From Synechococcus sp. (lineage in GTDB: Bacteria; Cyanobacteriota; Cyanobacteriia; PCC-6307; Cyanobiaceae), in contig JBJBCN010000002.1 of the NCBI GenBank assembly GCA_047285805.1, positions 32,001 through 96,000 on the forward strand: DNA of 64,000 nt, in the 5' to 3' direction. A program made the position numbers and the translations under genes. Of this stretch, positions 48,664 through 57,465 are shown piece by piece. Under the pieces are notes generated by a model. That model searched no databases and was not told the DNA's origin. It saw only the letters and a list, made by a program, of their open reading frames with translations. Each line of letters starts with the position of its first letter. Position 1 is the first letter of the stretch.

Positions 48664-49148
48664 AGTCTCTGTTCTGTGATCGCGCCTTCCTGAGAGGGAT
48701 CTCAGGGTTTGAGCGCGCGCTCGCCAAGGTCCTCTCGGTCACCCTCACGGTGGTCCTGGTGGTCGCGACCCTGCAACTGCTGATCTTCCTGGGCGGCGAC
48801 CTGCTGGATCTCCAGGTCAATTGGACCGGTGAGGGCCTGGTCGGTCTCCTGGATCAAGTCCTGGTGATCTTGATTGCCGTGGAGGTCCTCCAGAACCTCA
48901 CCGCTTACCTGCGGGAACACGTCGTTCAGATCGAGTTGGTGCTGGTGACGGCGTTGACAGCCGTAGCTCGAAAGGTGATCGTCTTCCCTCCGGGGATGCA
49001 GAAGGACCCGGCAGTGCTAATCGGCTTGGGGGTGGCGATCGTCTCCTTGGCGGCTGCCTACTGGCTGGTGCGCAAATCGCACCTCAAGCGTCCGCCGACC
49101 AGAACAGAGCCAGCCACACCGTCCCAGGATCCGGATCGGTTGCTGTAA
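48660..49148 (+). CDS. PsiE-like (phosphate-starvation-inducible) membrane protein
   Basis: LIAVEVLQN..YL, LVTALTAVARKVI; 4 TM segments. Confidence 0.8.
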   Translation: MKSLFCDRAFLRGISGFERALAKVLSVTLTVVLVVATLQLLIFLGGDLLDLQVNWTGEGLVGLLDQVLVILIAVEVLQNLTAYLREHVVQIELVLVTALTAVARKVIVFPPGMQKDPAVLIGLGVAIVSLAAAYWLVRKSHLKRPPTRTEPATPSQDPDRLL

Positions 49149-49617
49149 CCCGATGCCGGCGGTTCGGGGCAATCAAGAGTGCATCGCCGACGCAGAGGTC
49201 CCGAGGGTGGTCTTCGTCTTCAAACTCCAGCGTCGCGCTTCCACTTAGGAGCAGGACCCATTCGCTCTCCGCTTGGTCATACCAGCCTTGAGCCGGGCTG
49301 ATGGCTTGGCAGGAATGAATGCGCTCTAGCCGCCAGTGCTGCCCACTTGCGAGGACCTCGGTGCGTTCCTGGCCTGATGCAGGGCACTCCCCCCGCAGCA
49401 GGTTGGGTTGACCGGACGGTCCCTCCGGTTTCATTGGGCTGTCCCCCCAGCGCCGGCCAATGTCAAAGCCGAACTGGGCCGCCAGTTGCACCACATCGTG
49501 GTGATTGCTGCAGTCCCCCAGCGCCTGGCGCAGGTCAGGCTGGGCCTCGGTCAAGGCCACAAAGGCATTGAGTTGCTCGATCTTCTTGAGGAACTGTTGG
49601 AGCTGCGCGTCGGCCAT
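49084..49617 (-). CDS. Nif11-like domain / cupin fusion protein
   Basis: N-terminal QLNAF....DLRQAL......VVQLA..FGF (Nif11-like); C-terminal ERIHS, WYDQ..SEWV.LLSG, HRV cupin. Confidence 0.75.
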   Translation of the reverse strand: MADAQLQQFLKKIEQLNAFVALTEAQPDLRQALGDCSNHHDVVQLAAQFGFDIGRRWGDSPMKPEGPSGQPNLLRGECPASGQERTEVLASGQHWRLERIHSCQAISPAQGWYDQAESEWVLLLSGSATLEFEDEDHPRDLCVGDALLIAPNRRHRVTATDPDPGTVWLALFWSADA

Positions 49618-50090
49618 CAGTTCAGTATCGGTTTCAGCGATTTGCTCAGGTTGAACCGCTCGAACGGGACTCCGCGGATCAGCAACGTTTCTCTCCAGCG
49701 AATGCGCCAGCCCAAGGAGAGGAGCAGTGGGGTGGAGATCAAGCTGGCTTCGGTTTGCAGGTCTGAGAGGCCCTCCTGTGCGGCTGCGGCTTCCGCGGCT
49801 TTCACCAATGCCCGTCCATGGCCCTGGTGTTGAGCCTCGGGACGGCAATAGAGCAGCGAAAGTCGCGCTTTGGGATCGCGCAGCGCAAAGGCGAGCAGTT
49901 CCCCTTTGGGGTCTTCACTCGCCAGCCCTTGACCTCGTGTCAGGGCTGAATAGAGTGATGCACCTTGTGCGGCCCAGGCTTCTCTTTGTGCCTGTGTGTA
50001 CAGCTTTTGGTCGCAACTCAGGACCGCCTGCTGATAGATGCGGATCGCTTCAGTGTGCTCCTCCCTGCGTAATTCTCGGATCCGATGCAT
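49617..50090 (-). CDS. GNAT acetyltransferase (YafP-like)
   Basis: YT..Q..AW, LYCRPEAQHQGHGRAL acetyl-CoA motif, TEAS. Confidence 0.85.
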   Translation of the reverse strand: MHRIRELRREEHTEAIRIYQQAVLSCDQKLYTQAQREAWAAQGASLYSALTRGQGLASEDPKGELLAFALRDPKARLSLLYCRPEAQHQGHGRALVKAAEAAAAQEGLSDLQTEASLISTPLLLSLGWRIRWRETLLIRGVPFERFNLSKSLKPILN

Positions 50091-50210
50091 CGAGGGCTGT
50101 GTTACTCAACTGCTTGCCGAATTCTCCCTTGATTTGGATTTCTTGGCGCTGGTCGCTAGCTAAACCGTGCTGTATGTTGCAACGGTATCCGGCTAACACC
50201 CTCTACTTCG

Positions 50211-50576
50211 ATGCTCACGGGTTCTGATCTGCTGGCCAAAGTTAAAGAGCTTGGCGATGTAAGTAAGTCCGATATCGTCCGCGCCTGCGGTTATGTCTCC
50301 TCGAAGAAGGACGGTGGTGAGCGCCTGAACTTCACCGCGTTCTACGAGGCCCTTCTGGAAGCGAAAGGCGTTGAACTGGGCGGTAGCAGCAAGGTTGGTA
50401 AGGGCGGCCGTAAGCTCAGCTATGTCGCCACTGTTCAGGGTAACGGCAACCTGCTGATCGGTAAGGCTTACACCGCCATGCTCGATCTGCAGCCCGGCGA
50501 CGAGTTCGAAATCAAGCTTGGCCGCAAGCAGATCCGTCTGATCCCGGCCGGCGGTAGCGACGAAGATGAGGAGTGA
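50211..50576 (+). CDS. Cyanobacterial AbrB-like regulator (cyAbrB)
   Basis: LTGSDLLAKVK, CGY, FTAFYEALLEAKG, VQGNGNLLIGKAYT, FEIKLG. Confidence 0.95.
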   Translation: MLTGSDLLAKVKELGDVSKSDIVRACGYVSSKKDGGERLNFTAFYEALLEAKGVELGGSSKVGKGGRKLSYVATVQGNGNLLIGKAYTAMLDLQPGDEFEIKLGRKQIRLIPAGGSDEDEE

Positions 50577-50579
50577 TCA

Positions 50580-53291
50580 TCAGCTCAAACGGCTGAGATT
50601 TACCTCAACTCCTGCAGCCCCTTCGATGGATTCGAGGGGGCTTTTTTCTTTGGCCCAGTTCAGGACGTGTTGATAGTCCTCGGGATGACAGCTCAGCAAG
50701 ATCACTTGAAGGCCCTGCTCCATCCCCCGTTGGAGCATGCCCTGCAAGTGGGCGAGCCGCTGACGATCGGTATTCGTGAACGCATCGTCAAAGACCAGTG
50801 GCAGGGCGCCGTCATAGGCCTCCATCAGGACTTCGGCCATGGCTAGACGCAACGCACCCGCCAGTTGTTCGCGCATCCCACCACTGAGCCGCCCAAAGTC
50901 GTAGGCCTGGTTGTCTTGCAGCAGTTGCAGTTGCTCGAAGCCGTGTTTGGGATTGAACTCCAGTAGGGCCCGCTCAGACGCGGCATTCAGCAGTACATCG
51001 AGATAGGGGTTGAGGGCGGCACAGAGCGGTTCGCTGTAGCGATTCGCGAGCTCGGCTTGGGCTTCATGGAAGTGCTCCTGCAGGAGTTGGAGGGCTTGTG
51101 CTTCCCGCTTCTGATGGAGCCTCTCCTGTTGCACGTTGTCCAAGCGGGCTTGGGCCAGCTCCAGTTGAGCGCTGGGGTTCTGGGCTCCGAGGCTGACGCA
51201 ACGTTGTTCGTTCTGCCCCCGCTCATGCAGCAGCAGCTCTTTCTCCTGGTTGAGTTGCTCGAGCAGTTGCGCTGCCCCAAGGGATCCGGGGCGCAGCAGC
51301 ATCAGCAGCTGTTGACGCTCCGATTCGATGGCACCCAGGGCGCCTCGGCGATGCAGAACGTCCTGCTCGAGTTCCTTCAGCCGTTTGGCGCTGGCCTCGG
51401 GGGATTGGGCAGGGGACTCCTCCTGCAGCCGGGCGTTCAGCATGGCCAAGGATCCGGCAAGTTGCTCGAGGCGGCCTCGTTGTTGCTCGAGCTGGCGGGT
51501 CAGAACCTGCTCTTGTTGGCGCTCCTGGTTTTGCCGTTGCTGCTGTGCCTCGAGGGCGCTGCTCTCCCGCTGGATTCTCTCGCGCAGCTCCGTATCCATC
51601 GCTTCAAGTGCCGTGGGATCGTCGGGCAGCTCCTCTGGGCTGGTCTGGGCGATGGCCCGCTCGAGCTCGCCCTGCCGCGGCACCAACGCGCCAAGTCGCT
51701 CGCTGAGCCCGGACCAGGGGATGGCCTTGGCGGCTTGGCGCAGGGTGGAGAGTTCCTGCTCGAGGCTCCGGCGTTGCTGCTCGATCGCCTCCGCCACTTC
51801 GCTGTTGGCGGCTCCGAGGTGTTTCGCGAGCAGCCCGCACTCTTGGCGGCAACGTTCCAGTTTGGCCTGGGACTGGGGCAGCGCATCGCCGCCGCCAGGA
51901 CTCACCCTCAGGCGCACCCCATCACCGACCTGTAGAACGCTGATGCTGTTGAGTTGCCTTCGCTCACCCGGCTGGATCAGCGTTTCGCCCAGCTGGATGA
52001 CTTGATCGCTTTGGAGCACCTCAATGCTGCTGGCCATGGCCTCGAGCCGTGCCTCCGCTTGGGAGATGGCCTGCTCGGCCCGCCGCAAGCTGCGCACATG
52101 TTCGGCCGTGATGGGCGGCAGGTCGGCCAGGGTCTGCTTGAGCCGTGAGGCTTCCGTCTGCAGTCGGTTCATCTTCTGCTGGTGGGCCTCGAGCTGTTGG
52201 CGTTCCCGCTGCACTTGCTGCAGATTCAGCCGCTGGCGAACCCCCTCTTGCTTGGCCCGCAGGCTTTGCAGTTGCTGCTGTGCTGCTTTGGTCTTCTGCT
52301 CCTGGCGCTCCTGCTCAGCGCTCCGCTGGGCCTGTTGCGCAAGGGCCTGCTCGAGTTGCTGTTGAAGCTGGCGTTGCTCCTTCTGTTGCTCCTGCTGGGC
52401 TCGCTCGAGCTCTTGGCGTTGTTTGAGTTGCCGCTCGAGGGTCTGGCGTTGCAACAGCACCGGCTCGAGTTCGGCCTGCAGCAGTTGCTCGCGTTGCTCA
52501 AGTTCCCGCTCCCGCAGCAACCCTGGCCGCAGGTTCTGATCAATGCTTTTGAGGCGTTCGGCGATGGCCCCCAGCCGCTCCATCGCCAGCTCCAGCTCCA
52601 GCAGTTGTTGCTTAGCCGCATTGCACTGCTCAAGGCAGTCCTCTTCTCGCTGGATGACCTCGGCGAGGGGGGAGCCGGCTTTGATGCGGCCCGTTGCGGT
52701 GAACAACTGCCCGAGCCGTTGCTGCAGTTGCTCGACCACTTGGCGATCAAGCGGGGACTGCATCGTCCCGAGGTTGGTCTTGGATTGCAGTTGCTGCAGC
52801 AACCGCTCGTAGTCGTAGCTTTCCGGTTTGCCCTCCAAGGGATTAGATCCCGAGTCCCCTTGACGTACCCAGAGGTGGGCCCAGCGCTCGGGCAGTTGGG
52901 CAATCCGCCGACCTTCGATGGGGCCCTCCAGACCCAGCAGGCGAGCTAGCTCCTCTTCCGCGGCGGGACCGCTATGGGCTTGCCCCTGCTGATTGCTCAG
53001 CTGACAGGTTCCGCCAGCGCCCGCAAAGCGTTTGCGCAGGGTCCAACGTTGTCCCCGGGCGGAAAAGCAGAGCTCAATCTCCGGTAGGCCGCCATGGGTG
53101 CGCGAGCGGAGTTCCTCCACGCCCCGGCCGGTCGCGGTGGAGCGCAGGAAGAGGCTTTTGTGCAGCGCCTCAACCAGGGTGCTCTTGCCGGATTCATTGA
53201 CCCCACCAATCAGGGTCAGCTGACGGCCAAAGCTCAGTTGTAGATCGAGGTGTTGGCGGACCCGTTGCAGGCGGCAGGAGAGCAGGTGCAT
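50580..53291 (-). CDS. SMC-like coiled-coil ABC ATPase (Rad50/SbcC-like, YhaN/AAA_27 type)
   Basis: Walker A GVNESGKST, QG Q-loop, long Gln/Glu coiled coils, LSGG signature, Walker B VFDD, SCH. Confidence 0.9.
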   Translation of the reverse strand: MHLLSCRLQRVRQHLDLQLSFGRQLTLIGGVNESGKSTLVEALHKSLFLRSTATGRGVEELRSRTHGGLPEIELCFSARGQRWTLRKRFAGAGGTCQLSNQQGQAHSGPAAEEELARLLGLEGPIEGRRIAQLPERWAHLWVRQGDSGSNPLEGKPESYDYERLLQQLQSKTNLGTMQSPLDRQVVEQLQQRLGQLFTATGRIKAGSPLAEVIQREEDCLEQCNAAKQQLLELELAMERLGAIAERLKSIDQNLRPGLLRERELEQREQLLQAELEPVLLQRQTLERQLKQRQELERAQQEQQKEQRQLQQQLEQALAQQAQRSAEQERQEQKTKAAQQQLQSLRAKQEGVRQRLNLQQVQRERQQLEAHQQKMNRLQTEASRLKQTLADLPPITAEHVRSLRRAEQAISQAEARLEAMASSIEVLQSDQVIQLGETLIQPGERRQLNSISVLQVGDGVRLRVSPGGGDALPQSQAKLERCRQECGLLAKHLGAANSEVAEAIEQQRRSLEQELSTLRQAAKAIPWSGLSERLGALVPRQGELERAIAQTSPEELPDDPTALEAMDTELRERIQRESSALEAQQQRQNQERQQEQVLTRQLEQQRGRLEQLAGSLAMLNARLQEESPAQSPEASAKRLKELEQDVLHRRGALGAIESERQQLLMLLRPGSLGAAQLLEQLNQEKELLLHERGQNEQRCVSLGAQNPSAQLELAQARLDNVQQERLHQKREAQALQLLQEHFHEAQAELANRYSEPLCAALNPYLDVLLNAASERALLEFNPKHGFEQLQLLQDNQAYDFGRLSGGMREQLAGALRLAMAEVLMEAYDGALPLVFDDAFTNTDRQRLAHLQGMLQRGMEQGLQVILLSCHPEDYQHVLNWAKEKSPLESIEGAAGVEVNLSRLS
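50616..50651 (+). terminator. Rho-independent terminator of cyAbrB, lying inside the convergent ATPase gene
   Basis: AGCCCCTTCGA-TGGAT-TCGAGGGGGCT followed by TTTTTCTTT. Confidence 0.75.
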
Positions 53292-53294
53292 CGC

Positions 53295-54473
53295 TCAGGT
53301 CCCCGCGCAGCGGTGCAGTTCGGCCAGGGCCAGCTGGACGAGTTCACGGCGCTCCTCCAGTAGAGCGCTGTCCTCCAGTTCGCTCTGCAGACGCTGGGCG
53401 ACGTTGGCGATCAGGGGGTCGCTGGGCCGTTGGCTGAGGGCCTGGAGTTCGCCTGGGTCTGGAGCCTTGGCGCAGCGGCCCCGGCGCTTCAGCCGGAGGA
53501 GTTGGGCCTCCAGCCGCTCCAGCAGGGCGTCGTAGCGGCGATGCCCCTCGAGGCTCAAGCTCCCGCTCTCCTCCAGCAGCAGGAGATGCCGTCCGGGTTC
53601 ATCCTCGAGCAGGGGCTGGAGTGTCGCTTCAAAGCGCTCCAGCTCTTCGTCGCCACTGAGATGGACTGCTGTGGTGTGCCATTGCAGGGCCGCGGTGGGG
53701 AGCGGTGTGACCTGGGGTGGCGCCCCACGTTCGACATGGACCCCGAGCACGACGCCATCGCGGTAGGCGTCATGGCGGGGAAAGCGATCGGGTTCCGGGG
53801 TACCGCTGTACCAGCCCTTGGCATGGACCTGCTTGAGGCTGTGCCAATCCCCGAGCGCGACGTAGTCCAGCTGTCCCAGGAGTCCGTCGTCTAGGCGCAA
53901 TTGGTTCTGGCTGCTGGCGGGGTTTTCTCCATCGGCGTCCAGGTCCTTGGAGCCGAAGCCATGGATGGAGCCATGGGCCAGGAGGAGTCGGGGGCGGTCA
54001 CTGGGGAGGGCCTCCCAATCGATGGTGCGCACCCAAGCGGTGGGGTCCTGGCTGTCGGTTCGGCGCAGCAGGGGGCAGGGCAGCACTATTGCCTCCTCCA
54101 GCACGAGTGGTTCGCGGGTTAGGAGCACCTGAAGGTTGGGGGCCCGCCGCTGGCACTCCTCCTGGAAAAAACGTTGGTGCCAAACACTGCCGGGGGCGCC
54201 ATGGTCATGGTTCCCGGGGATCACCAGCACCGGACAGCTCAGTCGCCCGAGGGCTTGGCAGACGGCGCTGATGTCGCTGCTGCTCGGGGTTGGTGAGTCG
54301 AAGAGATCGCCTGCGATGAGAAGAAAGGCGGCCTGCTGATCCAGCGCACACTGGCCGATGCGATCGATGGCCTCAATGCGCACATGCCGCAACTTCGCCC
54401 GTTTGTCTGGGTCCTCGACCCGGGCGTAGGGCTTGCCGATCTGCCAGTCGGCACTGTGCAGAAAAGACAGCAT
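53295..54473 (-). CDS. Mre11/SbcD-like metallophosphoesterase nuclease (YhaO type)
   Basis: HSADWQIG, AGDLFD, PGNHD, AHG, ALGDWH, YSGTPE. Confidence 0.92.
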   Translation of the reverse strand: MLSFLHSADWQIGKPYARVEDPDKRAKLRHVRIEAIDRIGQCALDQQAAFLLIAGDLFDSPTPSSSDISAVCQALGRLSCPVLVIPGNHDHGAPGSVWHQRFFQEECQRRAPNLQVLLTREPLVLEEAIVLPCPLLRRTDSQDPTAWVRTIDWEALPSDRPRLLLAHGSIHGFGSKDLDADGENPASSQNQLRLDDGLLGQLDYVALGDWHSLKQVHAKGWYSGTPEPDRFPRHDAYRDGVVLGVHVERGAPPQVTPLPTAALQWHTTAVHLSGDEELERFEATLQPLLEDEPGRHLLLLEESGSLSLEGHRRYDALLERLEAQLLRLKRRGRCAKAPDPGELQALSQRPSDPLIANVAQRLQSELEDSALLEERRELVQLALAELHRCAGT

Positions 54474-54531
54474 TAGACCAAGAATCACATGTCAATAAAT
54501 ACCCTTAAATGGATATTCCGCAGTAGCGGAC

Positions 54532-55920
54532 TCAATTCCTATTCAAAAAAAGCACCAGTGACCTGAAATGCTCGCCCCGCGCTTCAAAGTCGCGGTATTG
54601 GTCGAAGCTGGCGCAGGCCGGTGAGAGCAAGACGGCTCGGCAGCCTCCCCCTTCGCTCAGGCGCTGGGCCGACTCCACGGCAGCGCTCAGATCGTCGCAG
54701 CATTCGATCACCCCCTCGTATCCGCCGGAGTTCAGCAGCTCCTGGAAGTGGGACTGGGAAGCGCCAAATAGCACAACGGCCTTCGCCTTGCTTTGCAGGG
54801 CGGCAATCCAGGCGCGCGCCTCCCCCTGTTTGGCTTCGCCGCCGGCCAGGGCCACCAGAGGGCCCTCGACAGACCTCAGGGCCACCTCGGCCGCGTCGTA
54901 GTTGGTCGCTTTGCTGTCGTTGATCCAGGCGACTCCATCGAGGTTGCGGATCAGCTCCAGCCGGTGGGGCACACCAGGGAATACCCGTAGGGCCGCCTCC
55001 ATCGCTGGGCCACTCAGCCCCAGCTCGAGGCCAACGGCCACGGCCATCATCATGTTTTGGCGGTTATGGGCCCCGGGCATGGCCAGGGCATTGGCCGCAA
55101 TAAGAGCGCCGCTGCTGTGCATGACTTGATCCCCCTCAATCCAGAGCCAGGGATCAATGCCCTTGCCCAGGGCTGCCTCCTTGGACTCCGCCGTCGTCCA
55201 GCGTGCGCCGCTCCAGCTCGCGGCATGGGCGCAGAGGTCCGGGTCATCGGCGTTCAGCACTTGGATGGCCGAGCGCTCGAGCAGGCCCCGTTTGATCGCC
55301 CGGTAGTTTTCCAGGGTTCCGTGACGCTCCAGGTGATCGGGGGTCAGGGTGGTCCAGAGTCCGATGGCCGGTGCCAACTCCGGGGCCGATTCGATCTGAT
55401 AGCTGCTCAGCTCGACCACTAGGGCCTGGGGAGGCGTCTGACCGCCCTGAAAGCGCTCGAGCGCTAACTCCGCGGCGGAGTGGCCAACGTTGCCGCACAT
55501 CGGCGCATCCAGCCTGCCCTGCTCCAGCAGGTGGGCCACCAGGTGAGTGACGGTGGTTTTGCCGTTCGTGCCGGTGATCCCAATCCAGGGGGTTGGTTGG
55601 CTGGCCTCCCAGGCCGTACTGATCTCCCCGTTGGTGGGGATCCCCTGGTCGCGCAGCCAGTCCAGGGTGGGGTGGTCCCAGCGGATACCCGGACTGACGA
55701 TCACCCGATTGCAGGTCGCCAGGAGCGGCTTGAAACTTTCCGGCGCCAGGGGCTTGCCCAGTTCAACAGCGATGCCTTCGGCACGCAGCCCCTCGGCTTT
55801 GTGTTGATGCTGGGGTCCCGCACCGCTCTCGAAGACAAGGACGTCGGTGCCCTGCCTGGCCAAGAGTCGGGCTGCTCCCAGTCCGGATCGGCCCAGCCCG
55901 AGAACCACCGTCACTGGCAT
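54532..55920 (-). CDS. murD: UDP-N-acetylmuramoyl-L-alanine--D-glutamate ligase
   Basis: GLGRSG, VSPGI, GTNGKTT, ELSSYQ, DHLERH, NDSKATN, SPACASFDQY. Confidence 0.97.
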   Translation of the reverse strand: MPVTVVLGLGRSGLGAARLLARQGTDVLVFESGAGPQHQHKAEGLRAEGIAVELGKPLAPESFKPLLATCNRVIVSPGIRWDHPTLDWLRDQGIPTNGEISTAWEASQPTPWIGITGTNGKTTVTHLVAHLLEQGRLDAPMCGNVGHSAAELALERFQGGQTPPQALVVELSSYQIESAPELAPAIGLWTTLTPDHLERHGTLENYRAIKRGLLERSAIQVLNADDPDLCAHAASWSGARWTTAESKEAALGKGIDPWLWIEGDQVMHSSGALIAANALAMPGAHNRQNMMMAVAVGLELGLSGPAMEAALRVFPGVPHRLELIRNLDGVAWINDSKATNYDAAEVALRSVEGPLVALAGGEAKQGEARAWIAALQSKAKAVVLFGASQSHFQELLNSGGYEGVIECCDDLSAAVESAQRLSEGGGCRAVLLSPACASFDQYRDFEARGEHFRSLVLFLNRN

Positions 55921-55949
55921 GGGCTGACGCTCTGGAACCGACTCAAAAG

Positions 55950-56021
55950 TGGGCGATACTGGAATCGAACCAGTGACTCCTACCGTGTCAAGGTAGTGCT
56001 CTACCTCTGAGCTAATCGCCC
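55950..56021 (-). tRNA. tRNA-Val(GAC)
   Basis: Reverse complement GGGCGATTAGCTCAGAGGTAGAGCACTACCTTGACACGGTAGGAGTCACTGGTTCGATTCCAGTATCGCCCA. Confidence 0.97.
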
Positions 56022-56061
56022 TCAGAAGCCTTTCGGCTTGAGGAACCTAGCAGTCGGTGGA

Positions 56062-56844
56062 TCAGCTTCTCTGCATGGCCAGTCGCCAGCGCTCCCGCTT
56101 GGTCGGCTGAATCTCCACGATCTCCAGCTCTCCGCGGCCGTCGAGGCGAATGCGGTCCCCTTGTTTGAGCTCACGGCTTGGGCTGGTGACCACGTTCCAG
56201 TTCACCCGAACCGCGCCGGAACGTATCCAGTCAGCCATTTTTTTGCGGGAGACCCCAAGGCCCGCGGAGGCCACGGCGTCTAGGCGCAGAGAGGCCTCGA
56301 CGCTGCTCAGCTTCTTGGGACTACGGCTGGCGGGAAGCTGCAGCCCACTGATCTCAATGAGTTCTGTTTTGACCTCGACGCTGCGCACCTGCGCCGTTTG
56401 CCCCTGCCAGAACTCGGCGACTTCTTCGCGCGCGATCAGCTGCGCTCCGCGGTCACCGCGCATCCAAATGTCCCCCAGGTCTCCGGGTTGGGCCCCAGCA
56501 GCGATCAGGCCCGCACGGACGTCCGCGGGTTCAGCCGGGTCAAAGAGGAAGTTCCCAGTGATGACGAGCCCCCGCAGCGGTACGGCCGGGATCTCGCCGT
56601 CGCTGATTTCGACGCGGCGGACTAGCAGCCGCCGGCGTTCGGCTTGGGGCCAGCCACCCTCGCTGGCCAGGCTCAGCTCGGTCAGTCTTCCGAAGCGCTG
56701 CTGCACATCCTCCAGCAGGTCGGCGGCGAGGAAGTCACTCCAGATCGGTTCCCAGGTGCGAAGGGCTTGTTCGGCTAGGCCAATCAGCCTTCCCATGGCC
56801 TCGGGGTTGCGGCAGCCCTGCAGCAGCTCATCGCGCGGAAGCAT
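56062..56844 (-). CDS. Photosystem II S4-domain protein (YlmH/Sll1252 family)
   Basis: MLPRDELL, GG.PQAERRR, GNFLFD, GDI, S4 domain SVEASLRLDAVASAG. Confidence 0.9.
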   Translation of the reverse strand: MLPRDELLQGCRNPEAMGRLIGLAEQALRTWEPIWSDFLAADLLEDVQQRFGRLTELSLASEGGWPQAERRRLLVRRVEISDGEIPAVPLRGLVITGNFLFDPAEPADVRAGLIAAGAQPGDLGDIWMRGDRGAQLIAREEVAEFWQGQTAQVRSVEVKTELIEISGLQLPASRSPKKLSSVEASLRLDAVASAGLGVSRKKMADWIRSGAVRVNWNVVTSPSRELKQGDRIRLDGRGELEIVEIQPTKRERWRLAMQRS

Positions 56845-56855
56845 CGGCGCTGCTC

Positions 56856-57359
56856 CTAGTTGTCGCTGAGTCGCACCACGCTTTGTGGCTTGGCCTCCTG
56901 GAGCCGGGTCCAGGGCACCTCAACGCCGGTGGCGGTTTCCAGCAGCAGCAGCCAATTGCCCTCTTCGAGGCGGTTGCGCAGCGCGCGGATGCGGTCGTCG
57001 CTATCGGAGCTGACGCTGGCCGCCGCGGCATAGCTGCCCATCAGGCCTGAACCGAGGCCCAGCAATCCGCAGATGAGATGGGAGCCCACATCTCCGGCAA
57101 AGGCAAAGGTGTCCAGGTCAGTCATGAAGTTGAATGTCACCCCGGCGAAGAATCCGAAGGGCATCAGCCAGGTCGCCATTCCTTTTTGACGCCGCTTGCG
57201 ACCAATCGAGGGGTTGAGCTCATCCACGTCGGCCATCGCGGTTTCTCCCGCGCCGACGGCGACCAGGCGCGCCGGGGCGGGGCTCATGGAGGCCAACTGT
57301 TCTTTGAGTTGGTGCAATCGCTTTCGCGACGAGAGCACCACCACCACGCTGTTGCCCAC
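56856..57359 (-). CDS. Conserved hypothetical membrane protein
   Basis: WLMPFGFFAG..F..MT, 2 TM segments. Confidence 0.7.
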   Translation of the reverse strand: MGNSVVVVLSSRKRLHQLKEQLASMSPAPARLVAVGAGETAMADVDELNPSIGRKRRQKGMATWLMPFGFFAGVTFNFMTDLDTFAFAGDVGSHLICGLLGLGSGLMGSYAAAASVSSDSDDRIRALRNRLEEGNWLLLLETATGVEVPWTRLQEAKPQSVVRLSDN

Positions 57360-57465
57360 GGGTCACGCTTCAGACCTGCCGATTCTCCATGCTCCGGCCG
57401 GCCGCTGCGGGGCCTACAAGGTCCCTCTCTACACTTCACCTCCGGCCGCTCCACTCCGCCGGGTC

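Noticed and set aside
49084..49617. Nif11 domain as a prochlorosin-type RiPP precursor
   Set aside because: It is fused to a full cupin rather than a short core, and there is no lanM or transporter nearby; kept only as a fusion finding
51200..52650. Gln-rich low-complexity CAG/CTG runs
   Set aside because: Explained by the coiled coils of the SMC-like ATPase, not an independent repeat element
55950..56021. tRNA-Val (and tRNA-Asp/Trp) as integration sites for an island
   Set aside because: Flanked directly by core genes; no integrase and no duplicated tRNA 3' end seen in the window
57196..57465. Long N-terminal extensions in ORF-track calls (serA, hemL, yajQ, TIGR03943, petF, SpoIID, rnz)
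   Set aside because: They overlap neighbouring genes or leaders and lack family similarity; downstream starts match the canonical N-termini
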